From NCBI GenBank assembly GCA_964304625.1, contig OZ199838.1, positions 7,021,835-7,085,834 of the forward strand: a DNA stretch of 64,000 bases, read 5' to 3'. The DNA comes from Kudoa neothunni. Taxonomy: Eukaryota > Animalia > Cnidaria. The notes under the pieces are model-generated. The model saw nothing but the letters and a program-made list of their open reading frames with translations. It did no database searches and had not been told where the DNA came from. Both the position numbers and the translations under genes were made by a program. Below, in pieces: positions 1-14,800 of this stretch (positions are counted from its first letter, which is position 1; each line of letters opens with the position of its first letter).

Positions 1-108
1 GTATAAAAGTTAAAATAATGGTACAATTTTCCAATGACAAAATATCCCCAAATAATTTTAATGTATTCATTCAAAATATATATTTTTTCAAATTTAATCA
101 TTCTTCAG

Positions 109-2103
109 ACTTTAAATGCAAAATACTGCCCAAATTCGTTTGTTTTATCCTTAAATTCCACAATACTGATTAATTCTAAATTTACACACCAATTTCTGGT
201 TATGATCTCAATAAATAAATTGACCAAAAAGGTGACATTAGAAAGAGCTTTTAATATTGCCGAGTGGTACGAACACGAAGAAGAGCTGATCACAATATTT
301 AACAGCTTCCCACCAAACAGGATAGTGGTGATAGTTTCAAAAGTATATCTATTTATTATAATTTCATATGAATGTTCAATTTGTAGAAATACCAAATCAC
401 CCGCTTCTCTAAGAATCTCAATAAATACCTGAAATCTATCGGCAGTAAAGTCGACAAAAATCATGCACCCAATAGTTGGATATTTGTGCATGATGTAGAC
501 AGTGGATCTGTGGTGGAAAAAGAGAATACTTTATTAACATTTAAACTGTCAAAAATAAGTTGCATAGAACTTGAATATCATTTCAGTTATGCGATTTCTA
601 CCGCCCTATTAGATCCATCAGAACATTGTTCATCATGGCCAAACACCCCATCCTACAAACGCAGAACTGAATTTTGTATCAACCACGATTCTTATAATCA
701 ATATTGTGACTGTAATTATTTTGAAGTATTTACGTTCATTTAATAAATTCGTAGGTGGTAAGCATCTTCCAATTGATTTTTCATACAAGCCGTTGTTTTC
801 TGGTATTAATGAAACTTTTGACGAAACGCTAATCAATACTCCGATTATTATAATGGCGTCAAAGAGACCATACTATCTCATCTTATGTTTACAGTCTCTT
901 CTTTCCAATAGAGGATTATATCCAGGAAATGTGCATGTATCTATTGATGGTAATTACAGTGCGACAATTGATGTTGCAAAATTATTCGGTGTCAAATACA
1001 CAATCCATGTGAATATTTGTGCTGGAACCTGTGCTGTTAAAAATGTACAGAATAATTACTCATTAATTATACCTAACATAAATTTATAGCATTATCGCGA
1101 ATCACTTGAGATGTCATTCAGTAGCTATCCGCAAGCGAGTGAAATTATTATTTTGGAAGAAGATTTGGAGGTCGCACCTGATTTTATGCTTTTCATGGCT
1201 GAAACTATACCTTATCTCAGACGTGACGCAAGTATATACTGCGTATCAGCGTGGAATGATCAAGTATATTGTAAAAATTTTGTAATACATATTAAACAAA
1301 CTATTTTAGTCTTATCTCTGGACGTTGGGTGATCCTACCGGGATTTTTAAAACCGATTTCATGCCAGGGTTAGGCTGGGCTCTATTGAGAAGTATCTACG
1401 AGCAGGATCTTAAACCCTATTGGTCGAAAAATGTGCTTAGTTATGACTGGGATTATTGGGTTAGAGACAACAGAAGGAGGAAAAATAGAGATTGTATTGT
1501 CCCAGATATATCAAGAACATTTCATACTGGTCTAAGGGGAAACACCATGTATCCAGGCTTATTTCGCAATCATTTTTCCCCCAGACCCAAATACCCTTAC
1601 TATGTAAAACAATTCAACACTTCATGGCTCCAAGATAGTTCCTATGACGATTTTTTAACATCCCTCATTAAGTAGATACGATTTAAGGCGATTTGTTGAT
1701 ATTTTTCTAGATTGGGTGAGATCGCGAGTAACTACAATAACATTATAGAGGATTTTGATACAAGTTACTCAAACTATCTACACGGATCGATGTATGCCAG
1801 TCCAAACCTGAAAATTGGTTATAGCTATAAAGAGTTGATTAATAGAACTACAGTAATGTTCATCAACACTGATATATCCATAGCCCATTCTTGGAACAGA
1901 CTAACCACGTATACGTTGATTTGGGTTATACCTTTAATATTGAGTATAGTCGATTTAAGTTGTGGAAGTTGGATGTAAGAGATTTTTTCCACGGAACTAC
2001 TAGGCTTTGGTTCAATAATCATCATTACATCCTTGTAATGTATCCGAAATCAAAATATTCATCATTCAAACCGGAAAACCTTACTCCTTTACCATTGATT
2101 TAA
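109..2103 (+). CDS. POMGNT1: POMGNT1-like GT13 beta-1,2-GlcNAc transferase, copy 1 (5' end lies before the window)
   Basis: Spliced exons give the stem domain (INKLTKKVTLERAFN..HEEEL; CSSWPNTPSYKRRTEFC..Y.QYCDC) and the GT13 core (PIIIMASKRPYYL, SIDG, IILEEDLEVAPDF, YCVSAWNDQ, MPGLGWAL, YDWDYWVR, CIVPDISRTFHTG). GT-AG introns at 343-386, 712-754, 1045-1089, 1264-1309, 1672-1710 and 1909-1949 restore one frame to TAA 2101-2103. Confidence 0.9.
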
Positions 2104-3764
2104 ATTTTAATATATGTTGTGTTTCATTTTGTTGGCATTTAATTAATATATTAATACAATATGATAATAGTATAAATATTATTTATCGTAATACTAACGA
2201 AAAATGCCATGCTTTGCCTGATAGTATCAACATTTTGTATTGAGAAAACTCTTGAAAATTATTTAAAAAGTATAATGGTATTTTCAGTTAGCCCTAGAAA
2301 GGATTAAGCTAAATTTTTGTAAGTATTATATTTTTAACAATTGTGATCAATGAAATTAAAATTAATATCATTTTTGGAGATCATAAAAATTGCAAAAACT
2401 ATGTAGCTAGAAGATAACTTAAAAAATTACATTTTTGGCTAAAATTAAAACCACTTTACCCGGTATAAACTATAATACTCTCTTGATTACAACACAATTA
2501 CACAGCTCCTAAATAATTTAAACACAGTAGGTAACCTATTTTACATGCTTTTTTGCGCATGTACATAATTATATATCCTCTTTTTGGGAATTTAGAAGAA
2601 AAATTGATGTTTCTTATATTGACATAGCATCAACGAATATAAATTCTACAAAAGACAAAAAAATCAATAATTTTGGTTCGTGTCATATTTGACCCGCTAT
2701 GACGTATACAAATCAATTTCCAATTCTAACAATGATCGGAAACGATCTAAACTTTTTTAAATTAGAGATAAAATTTAGTTATTTGTTCGAAACGGTCATT
2801 TAGGACTGATATATTTGATATGTTGAAATGTCTCACAGTAATTACCTTAACGTTTATTTATGGAAGATTTTCAAAATATTTTATTATTTTGCGTTTACCT
2901 TCTAATATTGTTGTATTTTTATCTTCGCTTATCGCTAAATTTCTAATTTGTATGTGAATAATGCTACATTGACCAACAGAGTGCCTGGAAAAAAGTGTGC
3001 AAAATCGAGAGGTCACGTGATTTGGGCACGCATTTTACACCATTTACAGTCTATTATTTGAACCAAAATTACCGTTATGTTTAATATATTTGTTTATATA
3101 AACATAAGAAATATTTAGAGTTATAATTAAATAAATCCACAAAAGTGCGCACAATCGATTACCGACTGTATTAAGATAAAGTCGAAAATTTTTATTTAAT
3201 TTAATTGTTGAAAGTTCAATTTGAGGTACTGCTTCAACTAAATCTAACAACAGAGTCCTAATATTAGAAAACCTTAATCTACCTATTTATAACACACATC
3301 ATCAATTAAGCAATAATTAAGCAAATTAAAACCATTAATAGAATTTTCAAAGTGCACTTCTCAAGTCACGCCTATTAATAAGTTCACGTATAAGAAGTTT
3401 ATTTGAGCTCACCTTATAAACAACATTCCTTAATTATTTATGCAGAAAGATGATAACATCAAATTAATATTTGATTTTAACATGAAAGGAGAATGTTAAG
3501 TTCAGCTATCACCCTTATATAAGCTATTTTTATCCTATTGCTGTAATTTTATAATCCGTTTAACAAATTTAAACCCAATATAATCTGTTTCCTGAATAAT
3601 TTTAGAGCTTTTGATGATGTAATAAAAATTTGAAGAATTTTCTGAACATCATAAAATATTAAAAGTTTCATAAATATCTCTCTATATTTGAAAAATTTTA
3701 TCGTACATACGTACTTGTGGACACACACACACAGGCAGACAGACAAATAAAAGATGTTATATAT

Positions 3765-4741
3765 CAGGAGTGACCAAACCGTGGCTCTTGATAATATTTT
3801 TTTTGAGTTGAATTCTTTTTAATTCGACCAATGCATTAATTTCGAAAAATACAAAGTTTAAACTATTTAATCAAGTGAAGGAATGAATTCTTTAATTGTA
3901 AACTAGATAATATCTTTAATTAGAAGACATCATTTCAAACTACCATATAGTTTCAATATTTGATGCAAACTAGAAATATTACTAATTTTATTAGGAAATA
4001 GAAATAGAATTAGTGTTTATCCATTACCAAAGTGAAAGATAACGAAAGAATAAAACATGCATTAAAGCTTTAAAGACGAGTCCTAATTCCAACTCACCAA
4101 GCGAATTTTGGAATTACGTTCCAGAAACTAAATATTCAAAATTAAAAGAAATTAGCCTCAATCTTGTTTCTTTCTCTGGAACAACTTATTGCTGTCTGTT
4201 TATTTATTCAACGATGAAGTTTGTAAAATAGAGGCATCGCGGATCTCTCCCTCACAATAAACATCTGACGATAATAATTCGTACAGCGTCAACAACATAC
4301 GAACCGATTACCGTCAGCTCATTGATAACATGGAAACATAAAAAACTTGTGTTATTACTTTATTCGTAATTATTTTATTTTTTTGTCAGACTATCATACA
4401 TGATTAAATATGGTAAATATTTTATTATTTTTATGACTTCTTTCATAGTTAAAAAGTTTCTTGGATCATTAACTACTAATTTACTTTTTTGGAAAAACCA
4501 TCATAAATTATACCTGTAAAATTTGCATGTAAGTTTTCCAGTGATTGACTGAATAAGAAAAAATTAAAAAACCTTTATTTATAATTCTACATCATTTTTT
4601 CTTAATATTTATCAAAAATTTCGCAAAAATGTAAGTATTAAATAAGTAAGGGTATATAAATGATTTTAATGCTTCGTGACTCCTGAAAACTTGGGAAACC
4701 TTAAAGTTGGCTCCCGATATGGACAATTCTGGCTATCCCTG
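3765..4741 (+). mobile_element. hAT (Buster/Charlie-like) internally deleted element
   Basis: Ends CAGGAGTGACCAAAC / ..TGGCTATCCCTG, near-perfect 8-bp TSD ttatatat/gtatatat. About 4100-4240 encodes a remnant hAT dimerisation domain EFWNYVPETKYSKLKEISLNLVSFSGTTYCC..YSTMKFVK*RHR. Confidence 0.75.
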
Positions 4742-5887
4742 GTATATATATTAGATGACAGTTGATCGATATTAGTGGACTTGTGGTATCGTTATCAAGA
4801 AGGTTGTTTCTAACTCTAACAAAATATACTATTAAAAATTTTCAAATATGGATATTTTACATGCTTTTAATAACCTTTAAAACTTTGGAATAAATAAATA
4901 GTTTAATAAAAATATAGTTTCTTTCGATAAAAAAGGGGTAAGCTTAATCCGTGCATTGACTCGAACACCATAGTTAAGGAGATTTCGCAAATTATTGACC
5001 TCCACCAGATAGATATTTCTTTATCCAATTAATTTATTAATATATAGTTTATTTAAAGAAATATAATAGAAAAAAAAAGATCTAATTGTGTATTTTCGTC
5101 GATTAAATATTTGGTTTGGTTAATGCGAAGATTAATGAATGTGTACTTCACATGATATATATTATCGTATTGAAAATATAATATCTAAAATCGTTGCATT
5201 TTTTAACATCATGATTCTAATTATTTAAAAGATGACTATATGTAAAATTGGAAGAATAGTTTATCGTTGCACGCTGAATAAACTTTATACTTAAATTAAG
5301 GTATATAATATAGGTGATATATACAGTGTGATTCAGCACCACCTGTATAATTAGGTGGAAAAACTGGGGTTTATCATTTCTAAAATAATATTAATATACG
5401 TTATTCACTATATATAAATATTTTGTTGCTTGGTGCATTATTTTCTAGCAATAAGGCCAAAATATATCACAATTTATTTTCTCCTTATCATAATTTTGTA
5501 AGATACCGATGGATTATAGTTAGTAAATCCTTGATTAACTTTGGCCTAGATACAACGAAAGTGTAGGATACATTGTGCTTACGAAAGGCTGCTTACCGTC
5601 GAAAATTTCTCGCGTGATATACACAAAATGAGTGTAAACACTTTTCAATTTCGTCCTTTAAAGGGGTAAATTAGTTATAAATTGTAATTGATAAATTTTA
5701 TAATTTTAGCACTAAAAGGAAATTTCTCATTCTCATATCAATATTTGCAACTATCATGTTAATCAGGCGAGTCGTGTATTACGAGCACGTAACAAAACAT
5801 TACCAAGAAAAATTCTCACAGATTCATCCATATCTCTACAGTGTATATATTTTCGTGTTGAATTGGATTAATTAAATATTTCTATAG

Positions 5888-8800
5888 ATCATTAAGGTAA
5901 AATTTTGTGAAAATTCACTTATTTTATCACTGAATTCGAAAGTTTTAATAAATTCAATATTTAAACGTCAATTTGTCATCATGATTGCAATAAATAAACT
6001 AACACAAAAAGTGACATTCGAACGGGATTTTAATATTGCCTCTTGGTATGAACATGAAGAAGAGCTAATCCAAATATTAAACAGCTTCCCCAAAAATAGG
6101 ATAGTGGTGATAGTTTCGGCGGTAAAATCGTATTGTTAATATAGTCTACCAATTTTAATGTGTAGAAATACCAAATGACTCGTTTCTCTGAGAACCTACG
6201 TAAACGACTGAAATATATTGGTAGTAAAGTTGACAAAAATCGTCCACCAAATAGTTGGATATTTATGTATGATGCAGACAATGCCTCTGTCGTCGAAAAG
6301 GAGAATAATGTTTCAATATTTAAAAGTTCGAAAATGAATTGCATAAAACTTGAATACTCCTTTAACCATTCGATTTTTACCGCACTGTTAGAAACATCAA
6401 AACATTGCGTATCATGGCCGAATACTCCATCCTACTTGCGTAGAACTGAATTTTGTATCAAATACGATTCCTACAATCAATATTGTAACTGTAATTATTA
6501 TTAAATGACTTCTTCTAATTAAAAAATTTGTAGGTAATAATCATCTCCCAATTGATTTTTCATACAAACCATTGATTTCTGATACTAATGAAACCATTGA
6601 CAAAATATTAATCAACACACCAATCGTTATAATGGCTTCAAATAGACCGTACTATCTCATCTTGTGCTTACAATCTCTTCTTTCCATCAGAGGCTTATAT
6701 CTCAGAAATGTTCATGTGTCCATTGATGATAATCACGATACAACAGTTGATGTTGTAAAATTGTTCAACCTTAAATATACTATCCATACAAAAACTTGCA
6801 CCGGCATATGCGCTGTTACAAAAGTAATGAACGAACACTCCCAATTGAATTTATCTGAAATTTTTAGCATTATCGTGATATATTTGAGTTAGCATTTAAG
6901 AGCTATTCGAACGCTAATGAGATTATTATTTTGGAAGACGATTTGGAGGTCGCACCTGATTTTGTGCTTTTCATGGCTGAAACTATACCTTATCTCAGAC
7001 GTGACGTAAGTATATACTGTGTATCAGCGTGGAATGATCAAGTATATCGTAAAAATTTTGTAATACATATTAAACAAACTATTTTAGTCTTATCTCTGGA
7101 CGTTGGGTGATCCTACCGGGATTTTTAAAACCGACTTTATGCCGGGGTTAGGTTGGGCTTTGTTGAGAAGTATTTACGAGCAGGATCTTAAACCCTATTT
7201 GTCGAAAAATATGCCAAAACAAGACTGGGACTATTGGATGAGAGATAATAATCAGAGAAAAAACAGGGAATGTATTGTCCCAGATATCTCGAGAACATAC
7301 CATGCTGGACTGAGAGGTAACTCTATGACTCCCAGTTGGTTTCGCACTCATTTTGCCACGAGGCCCAAATATCCTTACTATGTAAAACATTTCAACACTT
7401 CATGGCTTCAAGATAGTTCCTATGACGAGTTTCTGACTTCCCTCATTAGGTAGGTATGATTTAGGCACTGGCTATTCTTACGGATCCGTATAATCCCTCC
7501 TTTGGCACAAGCTATTCTTACGGTAAAGAATATCTTCTAGATTAGCTAAGGTATTATAGAACTAATTTCACTAAGGCGTAACCCTATTTTTTATCTCCTC
7601 GTTTATAGAAAATAAATTAAGTTATTCTTTTATTAAAAATTTCGGATAAGTATGAGCCTTTAAGGATCCTTTGTTTGTTGAATTAACTTAAAATGAACCT
7701 GTTCATGAATATAATAGCGGGTAAAACACGCTTTAAAGGATAAAAAGACATTTTCTATACTATCAATAATTTCAGAGGTTTCAGTCATGAACCATGTGCA
7801 TCATGTGTTCTAGCCTGCCAAAGTAGCCTTGTCTAATACATACGAATCATCGTTTGCAATTCTGCAACGCTGTTGAGTTTTAAATAAATTTCAAAATATA
7901 TTTATTGGTTTTCATTTAAGATTGATAGATTTACCCTATAATAAATTTAGAAGATATGTTTACATCTTCTAATTCCAGAATTTTGAGAGTATGAGACTAT
8001 TTTTTATCTAGGCGTGTGACTTTGAATCAAAATTTTACGATTAAAATTTTAAAATAGTGGAATTTCTTAAAATAAACTTTTTTGAGAGGCAGAGGCTATT
8101 GCTACGGATCCGTGTAATCCGCACGTGGGGGTTGTCTATTGCTACGGGAAGGAATAACTCCAAATCTAGGAATCCTTTTAAAATTTGAGATTCACATTTG
8201 TGATTAATGATTTCTGGGCTAACATAATTAACATTTTTAAAGAAAAATACATCATTGAAAAATACGACATTATTTTAAGGAATTTGGGGTTAAAAATAGT
8301 CTTAGTTCACCTTTTTAACGTTTAATAAAATTAATAAACAAAAATGTTTCTCTAAAGATAGATAATGAGAAAAATACTCAAAGGAACTAAACAATTTTGA
8401 CTTATGCTAATATGAGCGTGTGACAACGAACGTTTTTAATTTGGTGGTAACGGCTCACTTACTTTAAGTGGGAAACATATTTACATAATTTGAAAATTTA
8501 AAACAGTTAGGAAGTGAATTATTAGTTTATGCAAATTCTTAGAGAAAAACTATTAAGGGCTTGAATTAACAATATTGTATTAGGCTGATTATGGTGCAAT
8601 TTTCGTGTTCAACGAAGACTGTGTTATATAAATGAAAAGTTGGTATTTTAACAATATGAAATATTATTTTTTCATGGGTTTTCTATATCTAATAAAACAA
8701 TGATTGTTAGCCTAGTTCTTTTAGGTCGTTTTATTCCTTTAATTTTCGTTGGAAATAATAACGCTAACTAATAGTTGTTAACTATTTAATGATTTTATTT

Positions 8801-11800
8801 TCGAATATCAGTTGTTATTTTATACTATCTTGTGCTAACTTCCTTTTAAAATATTTGTATTAGATGAATATAAAAATAAAAAAATGGTTATTTGAAAAGA
8901 AAATTCTAAACATTTCTTTACCTTAATATCTTCTCAGTAACAACGATACATAATTTTTCATTCAAAATAGGGAAGCATCCTAAAATTTGCTCAAAATAGC
9001 CATTAATGGCTACTTGATTTTGTTCATACAAAATGCATGCATAAATTACGCGAACTTCTCAAATAGAATTGATGGCAGCAGATAAATACAAGGGTACACT
9101 AATATGAATAAACATTGTGGGATTTATTCCAAATATTTGAATTAACAATCAACGTGAGTTAAAAAGTTTATATATTTCATCCATTAGCAATAATTTTCGG
9201 AAAAATTAAAGAGTTCGTTGCATTAGTTGATCACCAAAGAATAATCAAATTACAACAATATTGTCGTTTTTATCAATATGTTGGTCATTCTCCTTGTTTT
9301 CACATCGTGTAGGGACTTTATTGTGATATTATTACCCTTTTCGCAGTATAGCATTTTTATACACTTTTTATTAACCCCAAGTGATATTAATTCAAAAAAA
9401 TATGATCATCTTGGATATTGAGTTTTCGTTGATTGGGTTGAAATTTGTATATCGAAGTATTACAAGGATGATTATTTATCTCATGTAAGGATTTAATTTC
9501 CAAAAATTTCCATATCGTCGTTAACTCTAAAATTAATGCTGGAGGGGCAGTCATCTCTGCATATTAAAGGTTTTTGTTTTCATTGAACTCTCCTTAAGTA
9601 TAAATGGCGTAAGAAGAATACAAACATTCTTGCGTAGATTATTTAAGTTTCATTAAAATATTTTAGGATTTTAGATTGGGAATTTTGTATTTTCCGTAAT
9701 TTCCTCATTTTTAATTTGCAGAAAAAGATGTTTATAACTATTAATATGACTTTTATAATGAGTTATGTAAGTCAACTTTCAATCCAGGAGAGGATCCCAT
9801 CGTACAAGTAACGATACGGTGACATCTCAGATTCCCCCACAGGTATGCTGTAACAATGGATACGAAAACGTACCCCTTTCTATTGTGGACATTAATCTCA
9901 GATAACTTATTAGAGTACAAGTTAAGTTTTTTAACAAATTATTGTGTTATTAAATCTGGCAATTTTCTGTATTTGTAGCAATAACATTTAAGGAGATATT
10001 TAAAACGCTCACCGCTATTTAAATGCAAACAGTAAGTTTTTATGTTGACTTTTAACTATAAAATTAAACATTACTTTAAATATATTTACATTAAAAGATT
10101 TACTGAATTCACTACATAGAATGCTCTAATCGTTTTCCATGAATAGCGTTAATTTTAATATTCTTTTAGATGAATAATAATAATTGAGATATAAATATAA
10201 TCTATAAATTAAATATATATGACAAATACAATTCTTTCATTTCATAATAACATGGTTAAGCATATTGTAACAGATTACATTAGCTTCACTAGATAAAACA
10301 TCTTGTATACAATCAGAGGTAGTGAGGTGAACATTTTTATAAATAAAATACAATATCCGTATTTGGTTTTTTAGTTAAAGAAATCTTTATTGGTAAAAAA
10401 TTAAGATATTTACTTAACATTACTTAGAACATAACATAAAACACGAAATTTATAGCTACAATATTAGAGATTTCAATAGCTCAAATTTTCTCTAAAACCA
10501 CTAATTACGTTTGGCCAAAAATCATTAATTACAAATGTGAATTCAACTTTTAACTGGGTTCTTAGACTGAAGTTATTCCCTCCCCCACATGCGAATTATA
10601 CGGAACCCTAGCAATAGCCAAGTGCCTTTTTGAGATGGCGCTCGAAAAGGTTTACTCTGTATAAACCACATTAATTTATAATGAAAAAAATTTATCTACC
10701 TTGATAATCAACGCATAAATTTGATAAAGAAATGGTGAAATTAAAAAGGGTCCCATTTCGATATTTTAATAGGATGCTAAAAAATTTGTCCCTATGTTTT
10801 GAATATTAATGTTATTTTCAGTAGAATATAGCGGCAACTTATGGGATCCCGCCTAGAAGAAATCACAAATAAATCGAGTTGTCATAAATAATCACGATAA
10901 GAAAAGAAAATCTTAATTTGATAGCAATAATTCACTTATCCACATATATTTTAACATTAATAATTATTTTTGTGAAGTGCGAGTCTATCGAAAATACACT
11001 TAGAGAATGATGCCTATAAGTTGCTCTTGAGATAAGATTGTTATTCAAATATTTTAAATTTAAAAACTTATTGATTACTGATCAGAATTTTTTGCCAGAT
11101 AACGAATCTACAAATAAGATTTTTAGTTAATTTATTATATACAATAGGTAATCTATTTTCCATACTAACCGATTTACGTACTTTTTCTTCTCTTTTATTT
11201 AATTATCAAAGTTAACACTATTTCTGTAAATTAATAAAATTTATGTTATGTAATTAAAATTAAGAATTACAGAAAAAAGAAATTTATAAATGAGTTTTTT
11301 TACAAAAATGGGGTTTATCGATTTTACGTAACTTTTCGGCACAACCCCTAAATTTTCAACATCATTGGCTTTAATTACATCCATGATAACACTGTAAATC
11401 ACTTACACATGAAAAATTTATTATTTTTACATTATTTGTAAATTTGCGAATATAAACGGTAAATATTTTACATTTAGCAATTTGATCTTATTCCTATTTC
11501 TGTTTTAAAAACCCCTAAACAAGAATATCGAATTGATTTACTCGTGCCAACTAAATTTAAATTAATTCAAAAGAGATATTCCGGAGAAGAGATAAAACAA
11601 TAATTTTTATGTTATAGTTAATAATTGATTAATGGCATCAAAGTCAAGAAAAATGATTTATTACGAACGATTAAATATGTAAAAAAAATAGTAAAAACGT
11701 TCAATTCAAAAACATTTAAGGCTTTCAAGAGGCTTTACGGTTATGAGTTGTGTCTTTATTTTATAATGATTCGTTTTCTTGGGCAGCCATTGGCGCATTC

Positions 11801-14800
11801 AAGGCTTACCAGAGTTGGCAAAGCATATTGAGTGATATCGCTGCAATATTTTCTACCGGCCTTTATGGTATAATTTGTATAAAAATATATTATTCTCTCA
11901 ACAAAACAATGTCAAATTATTTTAATATACACAAATTATCTAAGGTAAACTTTAGCTTACGTCTGGAATCCAATTCGCAACTAGAAATGGGATACAAAAT
12001 GATTTATTAGCTAATTTTATATGTCCATTTAGTGAGTTGTTCAGAACGTCCTTACATTCGTCATCACAAGAATTAACAATTGTTTACGACAATAAAATTT
12101 TATCCATTCAATTCAAGTAAAATAAGAAAGCAGGCGTAATGGATGAAACATTAAAAGTATACTTGATTTGTCAAAGTAGTAATTTAAACAATAATGTTAA
12201 CAATTTTATGTATATTCCGGTACCCCAACTTTTAATCATGAAACCAAATTATATAGCATCAATCTCGTATTTTTCAAAAAATTTGGCACGCTACCTATAA
12301 TCTATGAATAAACAAATAATTTATTTATCAAAGTTCAACTACAAAAATATTTAAGTTAATAATCACATTATTGAAAGTGATAACACTGTAAATACATTGC
12401 CACCAGATTTTCTTAATATTATTTTAAAAATATAAAAATCTTGGTTCAAAATATCAAAATTAAAAGCGATTAATTCTATTAAAATATTTGGTTTCATTCG
12501 ATTAAATGAATCCCATGTAATATCAATCATTGGTGCTAAAAAATCTAAATTCGCTTCTGAAATTATTGAAACTACGATGATTGTGGCTATTTATTTCGGA
12601 AGATTGTAATTATCCCCCTTCCCGATGGGTGTATACTACGGATCAGACGATGAAAATATTATGAATTAAGAAACGGAATCCAAACACGCGGTTTTTTAGG
12701 AAACCTTAAGTTTCTTAATTATCCTAAAGAATTTATGAATAATACAGAGTCACATTTAATAGATGAATTAACAAAAAATTAAACAAAAGTTGTAAATAAT
12801 ACTTTCAAGTATTTTACTCTATTAAACATCAAAATCTTTCTAAAATAATAATTGTGAGCGTTATTATATTATTTCAATGCAAAATATTTTTTTGTTTGCG
12901 CGAGTTTCAAAAAATTACGTATAATCGATCTGTGATGCATTTTCAGTTACTTATTCTGTTCCCAAGAGGATTACAGAAAATCGAGTACGTATTGTATAAG
13001 CAGGACAAATTTGAATATACCTCAGTGTCTGAAATTCCAAAATATAACCCCGTCAAAAGAATTCTCGAGTGCCAAATGTTAGAAATCGAAAAATCATGCC
13101 TACTCGGATATTTAAAAAACTGAGATTTCTAACCATCATTCTTTGGTTTAAATTTTCCATCAAAATTTAATGCATTAGAAGGTAAGAGAACAAACATTAT
13201 TGAACATCCAAAAATAAGTAAAATATGTTTTCCAAATAGTTAAAAAATATAACATTTAAAATATACCTATTATTATTATTCAAGTATGAATTAGTTTAAA
13301 TATAGCCTCGTAAAATATTTGATACATATTTGTTATTGGATGACCTATGAGATGCAATAACCATATACATATGTCAACACATTACACGAAAAGAATATAT
13401 AATTTTGAATAAGTTTAAAAAAATTCATAACGATTTCTTTTATTTAAACGAACTACAGTGGGCGATGGTTAATTCGCAGTTTTGCTTTCTCATACAGAAT
13501 TCATTGCTTGTCGGTCACATTATCTAAGTTGGCATTCACAAACTTAATTGGGATGGGTTTTTACGCCCGAAAAATAATTTTACGATCAAAATTCAATAAA
13601 ATATTGAAATTTAAACACATTGTTGGGTAATACGCACCCTCTTCTCTGAAATTGATCCTAAAGTCATGTACAGAAACTATTTGATTTGTATGTGTGGTTG
13701 ACAAAAACCTTCATGATATGCTTATAATAAACGAAAAATACGATTTAATAAAATATTTGGAGTTAATATCAGAAAAATAAAAGTCACACCATTAAAAATT
13801 TTGTTGTTTTTTATTAATTTTTGATAGTATCCTCTCCAAGAAATTGAAGAATATGGAATTAGATGTAAGTGGAGCCGTAAATATTAAACAACCTAACGAA
13901 CGATGAATTCGACAAAAAAAATCAACGAATGTGTTACTTGAATATGGTCAAATATCTTAGAATTGTTCATCATAAATTATTTTTAAACATCATGAAATTG
14001 TGAAGACAATTGTGTAAACCGCCCAAGGTGTTAGTTGTGGTTGGTTTAAAGTTTTAAAAACAGTTTAATCTGCGTAAATGTAAACTATATTGTGATCCAA
14101 AAATCGTTGATAAATGTATGTTGAAAAATAACTTTGAAAAATTATTAACTCGAGATGGGCTTCAATTATAACTAAGGCATAAATCATGATTCAATTTTGA
14201 TGTAATTTTTTACATAGAAGATAATAAAATTGAAGGAAGAGATCTTTGGATCCAACATGACGATTTTTAAATATTCAAACATTATTCGAATGTCACTTTC
14301 GGAATTTGTGAACATCGAAACAAAGATGATGAAAAATAAAAAAATTGCTCTAGTTATCCCTGAGACGCTATTGCATGTTATCTAGAAACAGGTGACAAAC
14401 AAATAATTAAATATCAAAAATCTTTTAAATGACTCAAATACAATCGAACCTGGATATTGCGTAATTTTCGGGGAATGGGGAAAAATTACGCAATACAGCA
14501 GGGGCTCCCAACTGGGGGTGCGAACTTTGGTTTCAGGTGGTGCGAGATACGATAAAAATTGAAAATAAATTTTAAGTCAGTTACACCTTATCGTATGCAA
14601 AGGGGTGCGAATTTCTATTTGTCAAAAAATAGGGGTGTGAGTCCAATTTTAGCTGGGAAGCGTTGCAATACAGGGTATTAGCGCAAGCGCGTTACGTACA
14701 AAAAACAATAATTTATTGGGGTTCAAAGTAACTGGTAATTTCAATTTAATTGCGCCATTTTCGGATAATTTTAGATATGAACTCCATAACTGTGTTTTGA

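Noticed and set aside
2288-2720. CCCTAGAAAG piggyBac-like end
   Set aside because: No partner TIR or transposase remnant found.
10640-13400. Possible cargo gene or protease-like accessory domain inside the large MULE (ORFs at 11625, 11750, 12854)
   Set aside because: Only faint Cys-containing fragments on the minus strand; no motif I can support without a profile search.
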